This document shows, in pieces, positions 1 to 12,924 of a stretch of 64,000 bases of DNA. Numbering within the stretch: the first letter of the stretch is position 1; each line of letters begins with the position of its first letter. Origin of the DNA: Octopus vulgaris (taxonomy: Eukaryota); NCBI GenBank assembly GCA_951406725.2, contig OX597820.1:13454001-13518000 (forward strand). The letters are read 5' to 3'. Below the pieces are notes generated by a model. That model ran no database searches. It worked only from the letters and a program-made list of their open reading frames with translations, and was not told the origin of the DNA. The translations under genes were made by a program, and so were the position numbers.

Positions 1-2183
1 GTTCTCGAGTTGACCCTCCTCCGTCTGAATAATTAAATCAAGCGTCCTTCCTTTGCACCCTCCTTCTGCTTCTGTGGCATCTTCTCCTCGCTTCCAACAA
101 GGATAGCTGCCGCTACCCAAGCTACTTCTATATCCGATGGAATTGCTTCTACCCTCACCTTGGAAGTTTTTCTTGTTTTCACCGCCACATTCGCCAGCCT
201 CATCGCCTCCTCTACTGTCCTAAATTGGGCGACCATTGTCCCATATCTTTTTCCTTTGGTGATATATATTATATCTTTTGACTTCTCTCTTACCGCCTTT
301 TCTGTTTCCGCTTCCAACTGCTCAGCCTTTTTTTCCTTTTAAAGAGAACACCTTATAGGTGATCGTTTTCCTTTCCATCTTACATTTCGTTGGAGAGGTT
401 GAGGCCGACCTCACCACACACTTGTGGGCTCCCTCTTTCTCCTCCCTCCTCAGGTAGCCCGGCAAGGTCGCGATACGCCGGATGGCCTTTGGGTGTCTCT
501 TTTATTTGTCTGTACACTTTTTCCGCAATCCACGCACATCTTTCGTCTAGATCTTTGTTTTTGTCGTACAATCTTGCTGTGTGGTGCGGGACGACAATAT
601 CATCTGTATATTTGTCTCGAGTATCATACTCAATTAACACAAGTTCATCTCTTTCGTCTTTTTTTTTCTGGGCCAGTTAAGCGGGATTTTTTTTTTGGTG
701 GGGGTATCTGTGATGCGTCATCATTTTTATTTTTTGTAGGGGATGTGGACAGGGATGATGCATGAGTTATTTTACGAACAATCGTAAATTCCCTCTCTGA
801 TACCTCCATGGTATCGTCTGGGGTAGTTATATTTTGTTCAGTAGGCACTGCAATTTTTAAGGGGGTGGGAGGTTTTAATAATGTAGGGGCTTGTGTGTGC
901 AAGGGCTGGGTTTTTTGTCAGTTTGTTTTGAGGTTGGCACCGTAACAGCAGGAGTGGGACATTTTGTTTTTGTACGGGTAGGTGAGTTTGCAAGGGTAGG
1001 GATTTTTTTTATCTGAGGGGCCTGTTGTCTGCGGTTTCTTTTGATTGCCAGGACAGTCCACACGAATGTGGCCCTTTTTGCCGCAGGCGTAGCAGGTGGG
1101 TTTTCGGCCCTCGACCTGTACCTCGAGGGCCACATTCTCGCCCACGAGTACCCTCTCAGGAAGGACCTGCAGGTCCTCCTGTGTCCCTTGGATTATTACA
1201 TTAATGCTCCGCCCAAGCCAACTTTGAGGAGCATAGCATATTACCTGCAATATTTTGTACGCCCTCTTATATAACAGGGCGGCCACCACCTCTACTTCTG
1301 GCGGCACTTCTGTAATCTTGACCCAGGACGTCCTACGCCCCATATGTCGGCAGAAGTACTACCTCCTTAGTGTTTAGGGGACTCACGGAATGCCCGCGGG
1401 CCACCTCTTCCCCCGAGAAGCGGACCTCCACAGTGCCGTGTGCCCGTCCCCGGCGACGTACACTATGTCCCTCCAAATCGGCGACAGGCATTTTTGATAA
1501 TATTCTTTTCAAAGTGTTTGAACATTCTGCTTTGTGGGCAGAAGGTTTTAAACACTACGGTCCGCTTCTCTGTCTCCACGATACTAGAGGATGGTGATAT
1601 TTTAACATCACCACCCTCTTCTTTCATTCTTTTAAATAGCTAGACGAGCTGATCAACATTAATGTCAATGTTCTCGGTTGCCACTGCGGCAACCGCCGAA
1701 AATTTTTTATGTGTTGGCACATCTATCAACGTTGCTCTCAAGAGCACATTTTTCATGAATAATCTCTGTTGAACTTAATTATACACAACACAAAAATTAC
1801 AAATACAAATATTGGTTTCCCACAAAACTGGGAACCCTATAAAAAGTATTCCTCCCAAAGCAGTTCAAAAAGTAGTTCAAAAGCAGTTCAAAAATTAAGT
1901 CCAATTCCCACCCCCATTCGGGGGAGGGGCATAAAAATAGTCTAGCAAGACTATATACAGTCACGAAGATGTTATAAATTAAAAAAGGCCACAATGGCTA
2001 ACAGTTCAACAATAGCAAATTATCAAATTATTCCCCGGTAAAACCGGGAATCAAGACAGTTCAACAACAAATCTTCAGTAATAAAATCCAACAAGTAATC
2101 CAAATGCTACGAATAGTAACAGAGCAAAACTCTTACCGAGAAGAAAAACACGTCCAAACCGTAGTAAGGTAAGCAAAGCTACT
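1..2183 (-). mobile_element. Unit 1: composite ORF1-only element (family D ORF1 joined to family C ORF1), runs off the window
   Basis: Disrupted ORF1 from about 1756 (KRTVVFKTFCPQ..., CYACGKKGHIRVDC in ORF 918-1343), then a second ORF1-like segment (33-317, ITKGKRYGTMVAQFRT) homologous to ORFs 5674-6105 and 18819-19733. Confidence 0.75.
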
Positions 2184-2211
2184 CTTCAGTCAGTGAGGTA
2201 AGCAAGCTACT

Positions 2212-4364
2212 TTATTTGATAAAATTTATCATATAGACAGTACAAAGATTGTGTAGCTTTGCGGGCTGGACAAACATAATGAATGAAAATGAAATATAAT
2301 GAATGAGAGGCGAAACCCAACACCCGCCGATTGGATTTTTCTCAAATATTTTTTTTTTTTTTTAATCAATATGAGGTTTCAAACCTCTTACAAGAAGGAA
2401 GCACTAAAACCTCTTGCAAGCCACCTTATTTCATTCAACCTGCCACAAGAGCTGCACATAGATTTACAACAATTCTCCTTATCAGATCCCCCAAGCAATG
2501 TGACTTGCCGCCTGCAGACAACTCTGCAGCGACAAGTCGGGGCCTGCAAAGAGGAAAGCAAATTCTTCCTTGTCAAAGGTCGCTGTGACCTTTGACAAAA
2601 GGTTCTCCGTTACTACCTCCGCAGCCATCTGCGGAGGCCATATCGGACTACTTGGGCAGAACGAGTATACACGTTCTCGGTCATCCAAGCCGTCCAAAAA
2701 TTTATTCACCGTCCTTTCCTTGTGGTAAAGGAGGAGAAACCCCTCCTCTTCACACTGCTCCGTCAGTGACACTTCCCACTGACAGAGCCCTATCCGCAGG
2801 TGGCACACATCCCACCTGCGGCTCCATCGGCGGCCTAGGAGCATCTGCCAACCGCCTTCTGATCCTCTTTTTCCTCTTTCTTTTTGAGGCTGCGGGAGCA
2901 GGGGGCTGCGTCGACAGATGCGGGGGGTCGCTACCTTCCTCCGCCGCCTGTACATTCTTTGGTGAGCAACCATTGTTGCTCACCTTTTTCTTTTCGTGGA
3001 GGCAACTTCTTCCACGACTTCCGCCATCTCCCCCTCCAATAAGGGGGCGGCGGGCACCTCTTTCTCATGCTCCAGGGCCCCACCACGGCCCCCTGGAAGT
3101 TCCTTTTGATATGGCCAGGCTCCAGGCACAGATGACACTTGGGGGGGGGGTCGTCCCTCAAGTATCACCGGGTACCTGTGCACGGCCATTTTCAGGAAGT
3201 CTGGGAATTTCATCTCTCCCACGGCCACCGGGGTCCACAGGATCAAAGTTGCCTTTGACTCCTCCCAGGCGACCGCGGGAGTCATTTTTACACTCAGTAG
3301 CCTAGGCCCGCTATTCCCCAGGCCTCGCCGGATGGTCTCCTCGATCCATTCCGCCTCCGTGCCCGGGGGCATCCCGCAAACCCAGGCTCTTTTTATTTTC
3401 CTGCCACAATACGAGGGGAGGAACAATTTCCTCTCCCTCAAGGGGCTCGCTAGCAAATCTGCTAGCTTCCTCGTGGGTACCAAACAGCAACCACACCGTT
3501 GCAAATTTAGTCCCCCGAGAAATAAACTTTATAGTTGGCAGGTGGTCTGCCAACTCTTTTTCTATTGTGCTCCTGTCGAAGAGGGCGATGTCCCCATGCG
3601 ACCTAGAATAGGTTCGTAGGACCACCGTCCTCTTCTCAAGATCTTTAATCCACTCCAAAGCAGTGGCTTCATTTTTTTTTTGCCATGTGACAGAAAGTTC
3701 AGAGTTCAAATAAAGTTCGATAGTTTTGAAAAAAGTAAGGAAGGTACAGAAAGGAGGAGCACAACAGAAGGGAAGAAATCAACAGAAAATCACAAACAAA
3801 AAAACAAAAAGAGAAGTTAAATAAAGTTCAAAATAAAGTCAATAAACAGCAAAACACGGCAAAAATCTTCTGGCCTTACGGTACTCCGGCCTGAGTTAAA
3901 CCTGGAACGCCGCAACACAACCTCTACAAAAATTGGTCCAAAAGGTAAATCCAAAAGTGGCTTATTCTTTTCTTGCGAGATACTCCGACAAAGGAATCAA
4001 TTTTTCGGTCGAAAAGGTCTGGCCGTCCAATGGTAAAATAAATTCAATAAAACCAACCACAGCACTGGTCACCGCAACAGTAACTGTATTGGGTTCTGAG
4101 GATACGCCCCTCCACTGTTTTTTTTTTTCAATAAACACAAAAACAGCAGCCGACGAGAGCAGGTGAAATTGTCCCGGAGCTGGACACAACTTACTGAAAA
4201 AATAATTAGCACGCAATAAATTATGCCCAACAAACAAAATCACTCACCTCGACAACTGTTTTTGGTCTTTTTTTTCTGTAATTGGACGGAGCTAGCTATC
4301 TCACGTCCACTTTGGTTCAACAGGAAGCAACTGACTAACAGCGCATGTGCGTTAGCGAGCTACT
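2212..4364 (-). mobile_element. Unit 2: ORF1-only non-autonomous Tx1-type element, family B, frameshifted
   Basis: ORF pieces 3686->2482 (LEKRTVVLRTYS, ISRGTKFATVWLLF, RAWVCGMPPG, CHLCLEPGHIKRN). AATAAA 3' end at about 2212. No ORF2. Confidence 0.85.
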
Positions 4365-5068
4365 TTTATTCATTAAATTTGCCATAAAGGCAGTACATCG
4401 ATGTAGCTTTTGCGGGCTGGACGTAGACATTGATGGTATGAATGATGGTGATGGAACGAAGATATTGATGGGAGAAGACGAAAGCACCCGCCGACTTCCG
4501 CTTCTCTAAGACAATGTTTTTTCCAAAAAATTTTACAAAGTCACAAAATTTTACAAAGGTTAAGAGACAATGAACCTCTTTCTCAATATGATACAAAAAC
4601 ATTAAACAGGTTCCAGTTACCTGGCCGACCAGCGCTCTTGCTTCATTGAGGCAATCATTCTTTGTCAGGCCGTACCATACAGGTATAAATTGAAAGGAGT
4701 CCTCCGGGAAGGAATTAGCGATCCTGCATAGTTCGTTATCCAATAGGACCTCCGCAGCCAGCTGCGAAGGCCACTTAGGGTCCTCTGTGCAGGACCGAAG
4801 TCTTTCCCATTGGCCTCTCTTTCTCATTTTACCTATTTCATTTTCCAGCGTTCCTCCTTTGTAGAAGACCACATGACCGGAGCAAAGTGGAGTCTATTAC
4901 TCTCCAAAAAATAAATACAGAGCAATAAACTTCACTAAGCCCCCCAAAAAATTCAACAAATGCCTACCTGTAGTCGAGTCTCAAAATTCAATAATTCACG
5001 TCGAAAAACGCGACATCCGGCAGCAGCCAAAAAACACGTCCGTACACGTCGAAGGTTAGCAAGCTACT
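4365..5068 (-). mobile_element. Unit 3: about 0.7 kb internally deleted derivative (5' UTR fused to the family A ORF1 C-terminus and 3' UTR)
   Basis: 4875-5068 is nearly identical to 8365-8558. 4610-4872 encodes the family A C-terminal domain (RKRGQWERLRSCTEDPKWPSQLAAEV). Confidence 0.8.
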
Positions 5069-6469
5069 TTATTTTATCAGATTTGCCATAAAGGCAGTAC
5101 ACAGATGGGACACTACAACACATGTGGGGACATATAACAATTAAAAAATAAAATATGATATAATGAATGAACATGAAAATGCACATGAAGAACAAATTAA
5201 TATATGATAATATGAATATCTGAAAATGATATTATGAAGAGTCTGCTACTCACCCCACACTGAGTAACACAACTCGCTGTCTCTGGGTCCTGAGTTCTTT
5301 TTCTCTTTTCGTTCAATCCTGTCACTTAATGGTAACCTTCTCTCCGTCATGCATTCATAACCATTTTTTTTTTGCCTGGAGGGGGGGGTCTTCTAAATTT
5401 TGTGGTGTCTGTTCTTTTCTTGAGGGGAAATGGGGGGGGTCTGAGTGGTCTTGGGTGGGATGGGGTTGGACTGGGGTGCCAATTCATACTCAGTGTCTTT
5501 TCTTTTTTCTCTTTCTTCTTGTGCGCTCTGAAACTTTCCCTTCCTCCTTTTCATCGCTTCCTTCGTCTATTTTTTCTTTTTCCTCTTTTTTCTCTTCTGT
5601 CTCTGCAACCACATCCGCGGCCGTAGTCTTTCGTAGGGGGCAGTATGCTCTAATGTGGCCCTTTTGGCCACATTTAAAGCAACGTGGTACTCTGCCCTCT
5701 ACCCACACCCTCAGCACGATTTCCCCCCAGCGTCACAGTTTCTGCCAAGTTCTCAAGCTGTTCCTCCTCTGTCTGAATGATTAATTCGAGCGTCCTTCCT
5801 TTGCACCCTCCTTCTTCTGTTTCTGTGGCTTGGAGGACAACCACCTTCTCCTCGCTTCCAACAAGGACAGCTGCCGCTATCCAAGCCCCTTCTACGTCCG
5901 GCGGAATTGCTTCTACCCTCACTTTAGAAGTTTTTCTTCCAAGGTATTTGGGTAGAAGCACTACCTCCTCCGTTTTCACCACCACACTTGCCAGCCTCAT
6001 TGCCTCTTCAGCTGTCCTAAATTGGACAATCATTCTTTTTCCTTTTGTGATGTATGTGATTTCTTTTGACCTCTCTCTTAGCGCTCTTTCTGTATCCGCT
6101 TCCACCTGTTCAGCCCTTTTTCCTTATAGGTGATAGTCTTTCTTTCTATCTTCTCCATAATTCTTTTGGGGGGCGACAGTCTTACGTCCCCTCCCACCTT
6201 CTGTAGCATCTTGCCATGGTTTTTCAGTCCAGCCAAGTCCAGCTCCTTTCGTATCTTCTCCGTGACCTCTGCAAAACTCCTGGTCTTTTCAAGCATACCG
6301 GCCATTGCTATGACCGCCCTCACGAGCTCCTCCTCTGAAGACAACTCAGACCCGGTAAGGTCTGAGTACATTGTCTCACCGCAGCAACAACACCGACGTC
6401 CGACTCGCACACAAACGACAAACCAAATGCACTATGGGTAACCGGAAGCAAGCTGGTTAGCGAGCTACT
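5069..6469 (-). mobile_element. Unit 4: ORF1-only element, family C, frameshifted
   Basis: MYSDL start at 6371. Pieces 6078-6410, 5674-6105 and 5490-5717 (VEGRVPRCFKCGQKGHIRAYC) are homologous to unit 11. Confidence 0.85.
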
Positions 6470-8558
6470 TTATTTCATTAGAATTTGCCACGAGGTCAGT
6501 ACATAGAGTAGCTGCGGGCTGGACAAAAACATTGAGATGAGGATGATAATGATGAACAAAAATGGGAGGGGCACTGGCACCCGCCGACCAATAACCCCTC
6601 GAATACAAAGTTTCTTTACAAAAATTTTTTACAAAATATTTTACACCAAAAATTTTACAACAAAATTTTTACAGCAAAAATTTTCTTACAATTTTCCTTG
6701 TCAGGTCCCCCGAACTAATTGACCTTCCCCCTGCAGAAAACTCTGCATCGACAGGTCGGGGCCTGAAAACAGAAAAGCGAATTCTTTCTTGTCAAAGGTC
6801 GCTGCGACCTTTGACAAAGTTTTTTCCGTAACCACCTCCGCAGCCACCTGCGGAGGCCAATTCGGACAGCTTCTGTCGAACGAGTACATTCGTCCTAGTT
6901 CGCCCAAGCCGTCCAGAAATTAATTAACCTTCCCTCCCTCGCAATAAGGAGGACAATCGTTCCTTCTTCAGGGGAAGGTACTTCATGCTGCTCCATCAGT
7001 GGCACACATCCCACTGACAGAGCCCTCTCCGCAGGTGGCACACATCCCACCTGCGGCTCCGTCTGCGACCCATGAACATCAGCCGCCCGACCTCTATTTC
7101 TCTTTCTCCTCCTTTTTTGGGGGGAGACTGCTGGCTCAGGGGGCTCCGTCAGCAGACATGGGGGGTCGCTATCCCCCTCCACCACCTGAACATTCTTTGG
7201 TGGGCAACCATTGTTGCTCACCTGTCTTTTTCTTTTCGTGGAGGCAACTTCCAATACTTCCACCGTCTCCCCCTCCAATGAGAGGGCAGCGGGCACCTTT
7301 TCCCTTTCATGCTCCGGGGCACCGCCACGGCCCCCGGGACAGTTCCTCTTGATATGTCCAGGCTCCAGGCAACGGTGACACTTGGGGGGGGGGCGTCCCT
7401 CGAGTATCACCGGGTACCTGTGCCCGGCCATTCTCAGGAAGTCTGGGAATCTCATCTCTCCCACGGCCACCTGGGTCCACAGGATCAAAGTTGCCTTTGA
7501 CCCTTCCAAGGCGACCGCGGGAGTCATTTTTACAATCAGTAGCCTGGGCCCGCTGTCCCCCAGGCCTCGCCGGATGGTCTCCTCGATCCATCCCGCCTCA
7601 TTGCCCGGGGGAAGCCCGCAAACCCAGGCTCTTTTTATTTTCCTGCCACAATACGAGGGGAGGAACAATTTCCTCTCCCTCAAGGGGCTCGCTAGCAAAT
7701 CTGCTAGCTTCCTCGGGGGTACCAAACAGCAACCACACCGTTGCAAATTTAGTCCCCCGAGAATTAAACTTTATAGTTGGCAGATGTTCTGCCAATTCTT
7801 TTTCTATTGTGCTCCTGTCGAAGAGGGCGATAGCCCAACGCGACCTAGAATAGGTTCGTAGGACCACCGTCCTCTTCTCAAGATCTTTAATCCACTGCTT
7901 GGGTGGGACAACCTCCCACTCCAAAGCAGTGGCTTCATTTTTTTTGCCATGTGACAGAAAGTTCAAATAAAGTTCGATAGTTTTGAAAAAAGTAAGGAAG
8001 GTACAGAAAGAAGCACAACAGAAGGGAAGAAATCAACAGAAAATCACAATAAACAAAAAAAAACAAAAAGTTAAATAAAGTTCAAAATAAAGTCAATAAA
8101 CAGCAAAACACGGCAAAAATCTTCTGGCCTTACGGTACTCCCGGCCTAAGTTGAACTCAGGAACACCGCGACTGGAACAGCTTTCACCAAATTGGTATAA
8201 ATTGGTACCGAACCGCAGCACAATTAGTCCTTTCTACCTTGGTACTCCTTGGTAAATCCAGTGGGAGAACACAAAGACAATTTTTGCAGAGAGGCTACGC
8301 CTCCTCAAAAAGCACAATTCTCACTGCAAAGTGAGTCTTTACGCTCGTCCACAGGCAGGAAAAATGTCCGAGCAAAGTGGAGTCTATTACTCTCCAAAAA
8401 ATAAGTACAGAGCAATAAACTTCACTAAGCCCCTAAAAAAATTCAACAAATGCCTACCTGTAGTCGAGTCTCAAAATTCAATAATTCACGTCGAAAAACG
8501 CGACATCCGGCAGCAGCCAAAAAACACGTCCGAACACGTCGAAGGTTAGCGAGCTACT
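6470..8558 (-). mobile_element. Unit 5: ORF1-only element, family B
   Basis: ATG at 7950. ORFs 7598-7966, 6895-7746 (CHRCLEPGHIKRNC) and 6701-6907. Body closely similar to unit 2. Confidence 0.85.
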
Positions 8559-9869
8559 TTTATTCATCGAATTTGCCATAAAGACAGTTCACAGATGTAG
8601 CTTTTGCGGGCTGGACGTAGACATTAATGGTATGAATGATGGGGATGGAACGAAAATGGTGATGGGAGAAGACGAAAGCGCCCGCCGACTTCCGCTTCTC
8701 TAAGACAATGTTTTTTATTTTCAAAAATTTCAAAAAAATTTCAAAATTTTACAAATGTCACATGAGGCAATGAACCTCTTTCTCAATATGATACAAAAAC
8801 ATTCAACAGGTTCAAGTTACCTGGCCGGCCAGCGCTCTTGCTTCTTTGAAGCACTCACTCGCTTCCAGGCCGGACCACACAAGCATAAATGTACAGATCA
8901 CTTTCCCATAGGACCTCCGCAGCCGTCTGCTAAGGCCACTTAGGGTCCTCCGAGCAGGACCGAAGTCCCTCCCATTGGCCTCTCCCTTTCACCTTCCCTA
9001 TCTCGCTCTCAATGGTCCCTCCCTTGTGGAAGAGGACCACATAAGTGACCTCCGGCAGCACATCCGCCTGAGGAGGCTCGGGAGACGCCGTCCGCGTCTC
9101 ACAATCCGCCGGCGGCGTTCCGCTTCTTTTCTTCCTTTTCTTTTTTCCTTGGGCCGCGGGAGGCTGAGGTTCCGGTGTTGCACACAACGGGTCCTCTTTC
9201 TCTCTCGCAGCTTCCGGGTCTTTTGGTGGGTCACCATTGTTGCGCACTTTTCCTTTTCTCGTTGAGGAAGTTACTGTTTCCTCGTTCTGTTTCTCTCCCC
9301 CCATTGGGGGACCAGGGAGAGGTTCCAACATTAACTGCTCCAGGATCCTACTTTGGTCCCTGGGGTAGTTCTCCAGGCACAGGTGACACTTGGTGGGGGG
9401 GGGCGTCCCTCAAGCATCACCGGATACTTGGACCCGGCCATCCTCAAGAAGTCCGGAAAAACCAGACTTTTGGCTGATTGGGTCCACAGGGTCAACACAG
9501 CTTTCGACCCCTCCCAATCAGCCGCAGGCAGTACTTTTACATTCAGCAGCTTGGAACTGCTACCATCCAGACCCCGGCGGATAGAATCCTCTATCCACTC
9601 GGGCTCAACGCCGGGTGGTAAGCCGCAGATCCAGGCTCTCAATTGTTCTCCCTTGTAATTTGGGAGAAACAATATTTCTTTTCTCAATGAGCTGGCTTGG
9701 AAAATCGCAAGCTTCTTTTGGGGAGTCAAATAGCAACCAAACCGTTGCGTATTTCACTCCCCGTGCGATAAATTTAACGGCTGGCATGTAGTCCGCCAGC
9801 TCGTTCAGTATGGTGGCCTTCGGGAAGACGGCTATGGTGTCGAGCGACTTCGAGTAAGTCCTCAACACC
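8559..9869 (-). mobile_element. Unit 6: ORF1-only element, family A, 5'-truncated
   Basis: ORFs 9605-9868, 9331-9729 and 8930-9331. It begins abruptly at VLRTYSK against the 3' end of unit 7, with no junction motif. Confidence 0.8.
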
Positions 9870-12800
9870 TTTTTCTTTATTACCCACGAGGGGCGACATA
9901 GAGGGGAAACTACAAGACAGTGGGGACATAGAACATTATAAAAATAAAAGTATGCAAGATGAAATTTTGAAAATGATAATATGAAAGTGATGCTAACGGC
10001 TCCATTCCGCTAGCATCACTTACCTGTCCTTCGTAACCTATCATCATCTGTCATCTCCAATCAGAAGCCCTACATTCTCTATCATTCTCTTAGCTCTCTC
10101 TTCAAACTCCTTCACCGTCTCATCCGTAAATTTTACCTTAGTCACTTTCACACCTTCATTTAAACAATTCACCATAATTCCATCCGTCCGTTCCTCTGAC
10201 ACTACTGCATAACTACCATCTACCTTCTCATACCATGAATAATCACTTATGTCTATTGAGTCTTTTGTGTCCTCTTTTTTTCACAAAACAAAGAATATGG
10301 GGCCTGGGATCTTGGTTAATTTCTTGTGTGTCTGTATTTTTTTGTTTTCTTGTAGGCGGGGAGTGGGTGGAATCACTGTTTGCAGGGGAAGGATGGGACT
10401 CAGAGGGTGCGGGTGGTGTTGGGGTGGGTTGGGGTTCAGTACAGTTCATTTTTCTCCTCCTTCTTTTCCTTTTCTTCCTTGCTTCTTCCCATTCAATCTG
10501 GGCTTCCTCCTCCTCATTTTCTTCCTCTACTTGTTTCTGTTCTACTTCCTCCTCTTCCTGGTTCTTCACCACAGTTTCCTTTTGTGGGGGAGGGCAGTAA
10601 GCTCTTAGGTGGCCCCTCAGGCCACACTTGTAGCAACGTGGAGCTCTGCCCTCCACCCACACTCTCATAATAACATCGCCCATCTTATTTTCGGTTAGTC
10701 TTTCCAACGTATCTACCTTCGCTTGAACATTCATATCCAGTATTGCTCCCTTCCATCCTTCATCCTTTACGGTGGCATGCAAGATGTCCACCTCTTCTTC
10801 ACAATCTTTTATCACAGCTGCTGCTATCCATTCTGCTTCAATGTGGTGGAGTATTCCCTCCACCCGGATTCTCGTTGTCCTATTTAAATACGTTGGTAGC
10901 ATGAAAATTTTCTCCGTCTTTACAGCTTTCGCCGCCATTCTTCTCGCTACTCGTTCACTTTTGTATTGCACTACTACCGTGCCAAACTCGTTTCCTCTTG
11001 CAACAAATATTATATCTTCACCTGTCCTTTTTACCGCCTCCTCGATTACTTCCATTTTGATAATTTCGACATTTTTGCTATTGATTTCGTAGGTTCGGTA
11101 CTTTATAGTCCTTTTGTTGAACCACTCGCCACGCTTTGGTGGTGGTGTCAGTTCTACATCGCTTCCAACTTTCTCCATATACTCTTGAAAGCCTGGTAAT
11201 TTGACTAAATCTATGTCTTTCTCTTCCGTTTTCCTCGCTGCGCCCGCGTATGTCTTTCCAACTTTGACGTCCATTTTATTCACGGCGCTTATCAATTCCT
11301 CTTCGGCGGTTGATAGCTCCCACAGACTTTCGAACAAAGTACTTTCTGCCATCTCTCCCGTTAGGGAGGGGCGGTTCATTACTTCTTGTCTGTCTTGTTT
11401 ATGTAGGGACTTGTGCGTGCTGGGGCTGGGTTTTTCTGTGCTTTGTTTGGGGACTAGCACCTCAACAACGGGGGTGGGAGTTTTTGTGTTTGTGGGGATT
11501 GGTGTGTTTGCGGGGGTGGGTTTTTTTTTGTTATTTGAGGGGCCTGGTGTTTACAACAACTATTTTTTTTCTTCGGTCAGCTCGAATGTGGCCCTTTTTT
11601 CCGCATTGGTAACAGGTGGGCTTACGGCCTTCCACCTGTACCCTAAGGGCCACATTCTCCCCAACGAGTACTCTCTCTGGTAGAGCCTGAATGTCCTCCT
11701 GTTTGCCTTGTATTAAAACCGTTGTTTCGCCCTAACCATATCTGTGGGGCGGAACTTGTGGTCTGTAATATGTTAATCCGGTCCGTCCTGTTGAACAACA
11801 GGCCGGCCACCACTTCTTTCGGGTCTACTGTGGATGGGATTTCGTTAATCCTTACACGGGATGTTCGTCGCCCCCTGTGCGTTGGCAAAAGTACCACTTC
11901 CTTGGTCTTCAGGGGGCACACGTGGTGCCCGCGAGCCACCTTTTCCTCTGAGAATTGAAACAACGGATCCGTATGCCCGTCCCCTCGAAATATACATTAT
12001 ATCCCTCCATATCGGGGCCAGGCATTTTTCAATGGTTTCTTTCCCGAAGTGCTTAAACCTTTTGTCTTGTGGGCAGAAGGTTTTAAACACCACGGTCCTC
12101 TTTTCCGTTTCTAGCACGGTGGAGGAGGGCGATATCACAACATCACCTCCCTCCTCCTTCATTCTTTAAAATATCCCTGCAGCATGTCTGCAGAGATATC
12201 TATGTTTTCGGTTGCTACTTCTGCAACTGCGGAAAACTTTTTACAGCGTTGGCGCAATTGCCAACATCAACATTGATCTCTTCAAGAGTAGATTTTTCAT
12301 GTATTATTTCAACCGACATGGTTGAAAAGTAATTGGTTTCCCACAAAACTGGGAGACCTTTCGAAAAAAGAAATTTTCCTCTCACAGAGGACAAAAGTAA
12401 TTAATTTTTTAAATGCTCGCAGTCCCAGGTTCAAATCCCACCCCCGCTGGGGGGGGGGGGGGTGAGACGTAGCAACAAAGTCTACGACGATTTGAAATTA
12501 TTTTCCACCACAACGAAATCCCCAAAAAGGGAAACCTATATTTTTCCAAAACAGTTCAAATCTCGCCCGTGCTACGAGTGGATGTCACAATAGAGCCTAC
12601 AATGGCTAAAATTAAATTTTTCTACAATAACAATTTGCTATCCCAAAAACGGGAAGCCTATAATATTTTTTTTCCTCTTAATAAGGATAACAGTTCAATT
12701 GCCACCCCCGCCGGGGTGGGGCGCAACAATAAAGCCTACAACGGCTTTAACAAGTTCAACAATATTAATATTTCAATATTAATTTTTTTTTTCTTACAAG

Positions 12801-12924
12801 AATTACTTTTTCCCGTCACCGGGAAGAAAGTACAAAAGTTCACAAAAATATTCAACAATAAACAGCAGAAAAATTATCTGTGTGACTCACCGCAAAAAAA
12901 CACGTCGGATGTTAGGGAGCTACT
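9870..12924 (-). mobile_element. Unit 7: composite element with family D ORF1 followed by family E ORF1
   Basis: ORFs 11845-12162 and 11643-11963 are homologous to unit 1 ORF1, followed by ORF 10243-11460. 3' end is GCCCCTCGTGGGTAATAAAG. Confidence 0.75.
10243..11352 (-). CDS. Tx1-type ORF1 (gag-like RRM + CCHC zinc knuckle), family E, open frame
   Basis: MAESTLFES..., ARGNEFGTVVVQY, VWVEGRAPRCYKCGLRGHLRAYC, then an acidic/basic tail. Part of the 405-aa ORF 10243-11460. Confidence 0.7.
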   Translation of the reverse strand: MAESTLFESLWELSTAEEELISAVNKMDVKVGKTYAGAARKTEEKDIDLVKLPGFQEYMEKVGSDVELTPPPKRGEWFNKRTIKYRTYEINSKNVEIIKMEVIEEAVKRTGEDIIFVARGNEFGTVVVQYKSERVARRMAAKAVKTEKIFMLPTYLNRTTRIRVEGILHHIEAEWIAAAVIKDCEEEVDILHATVKDEGWKGAILDMNVQAKVDTLERLTENKMGDVIMRVWVEGRAPRCYKCGLRGHLRAYCPPPQKETVVKNQEEEEVEQKQVEEENEEEEAQIEWEEARKKRKRRRRKMNCTEPQPTPTPPAPSESHPSPANSDSTHSPPTRKQKNTDTQEINQDPRPHILCFVKKRGHKRLNRHK

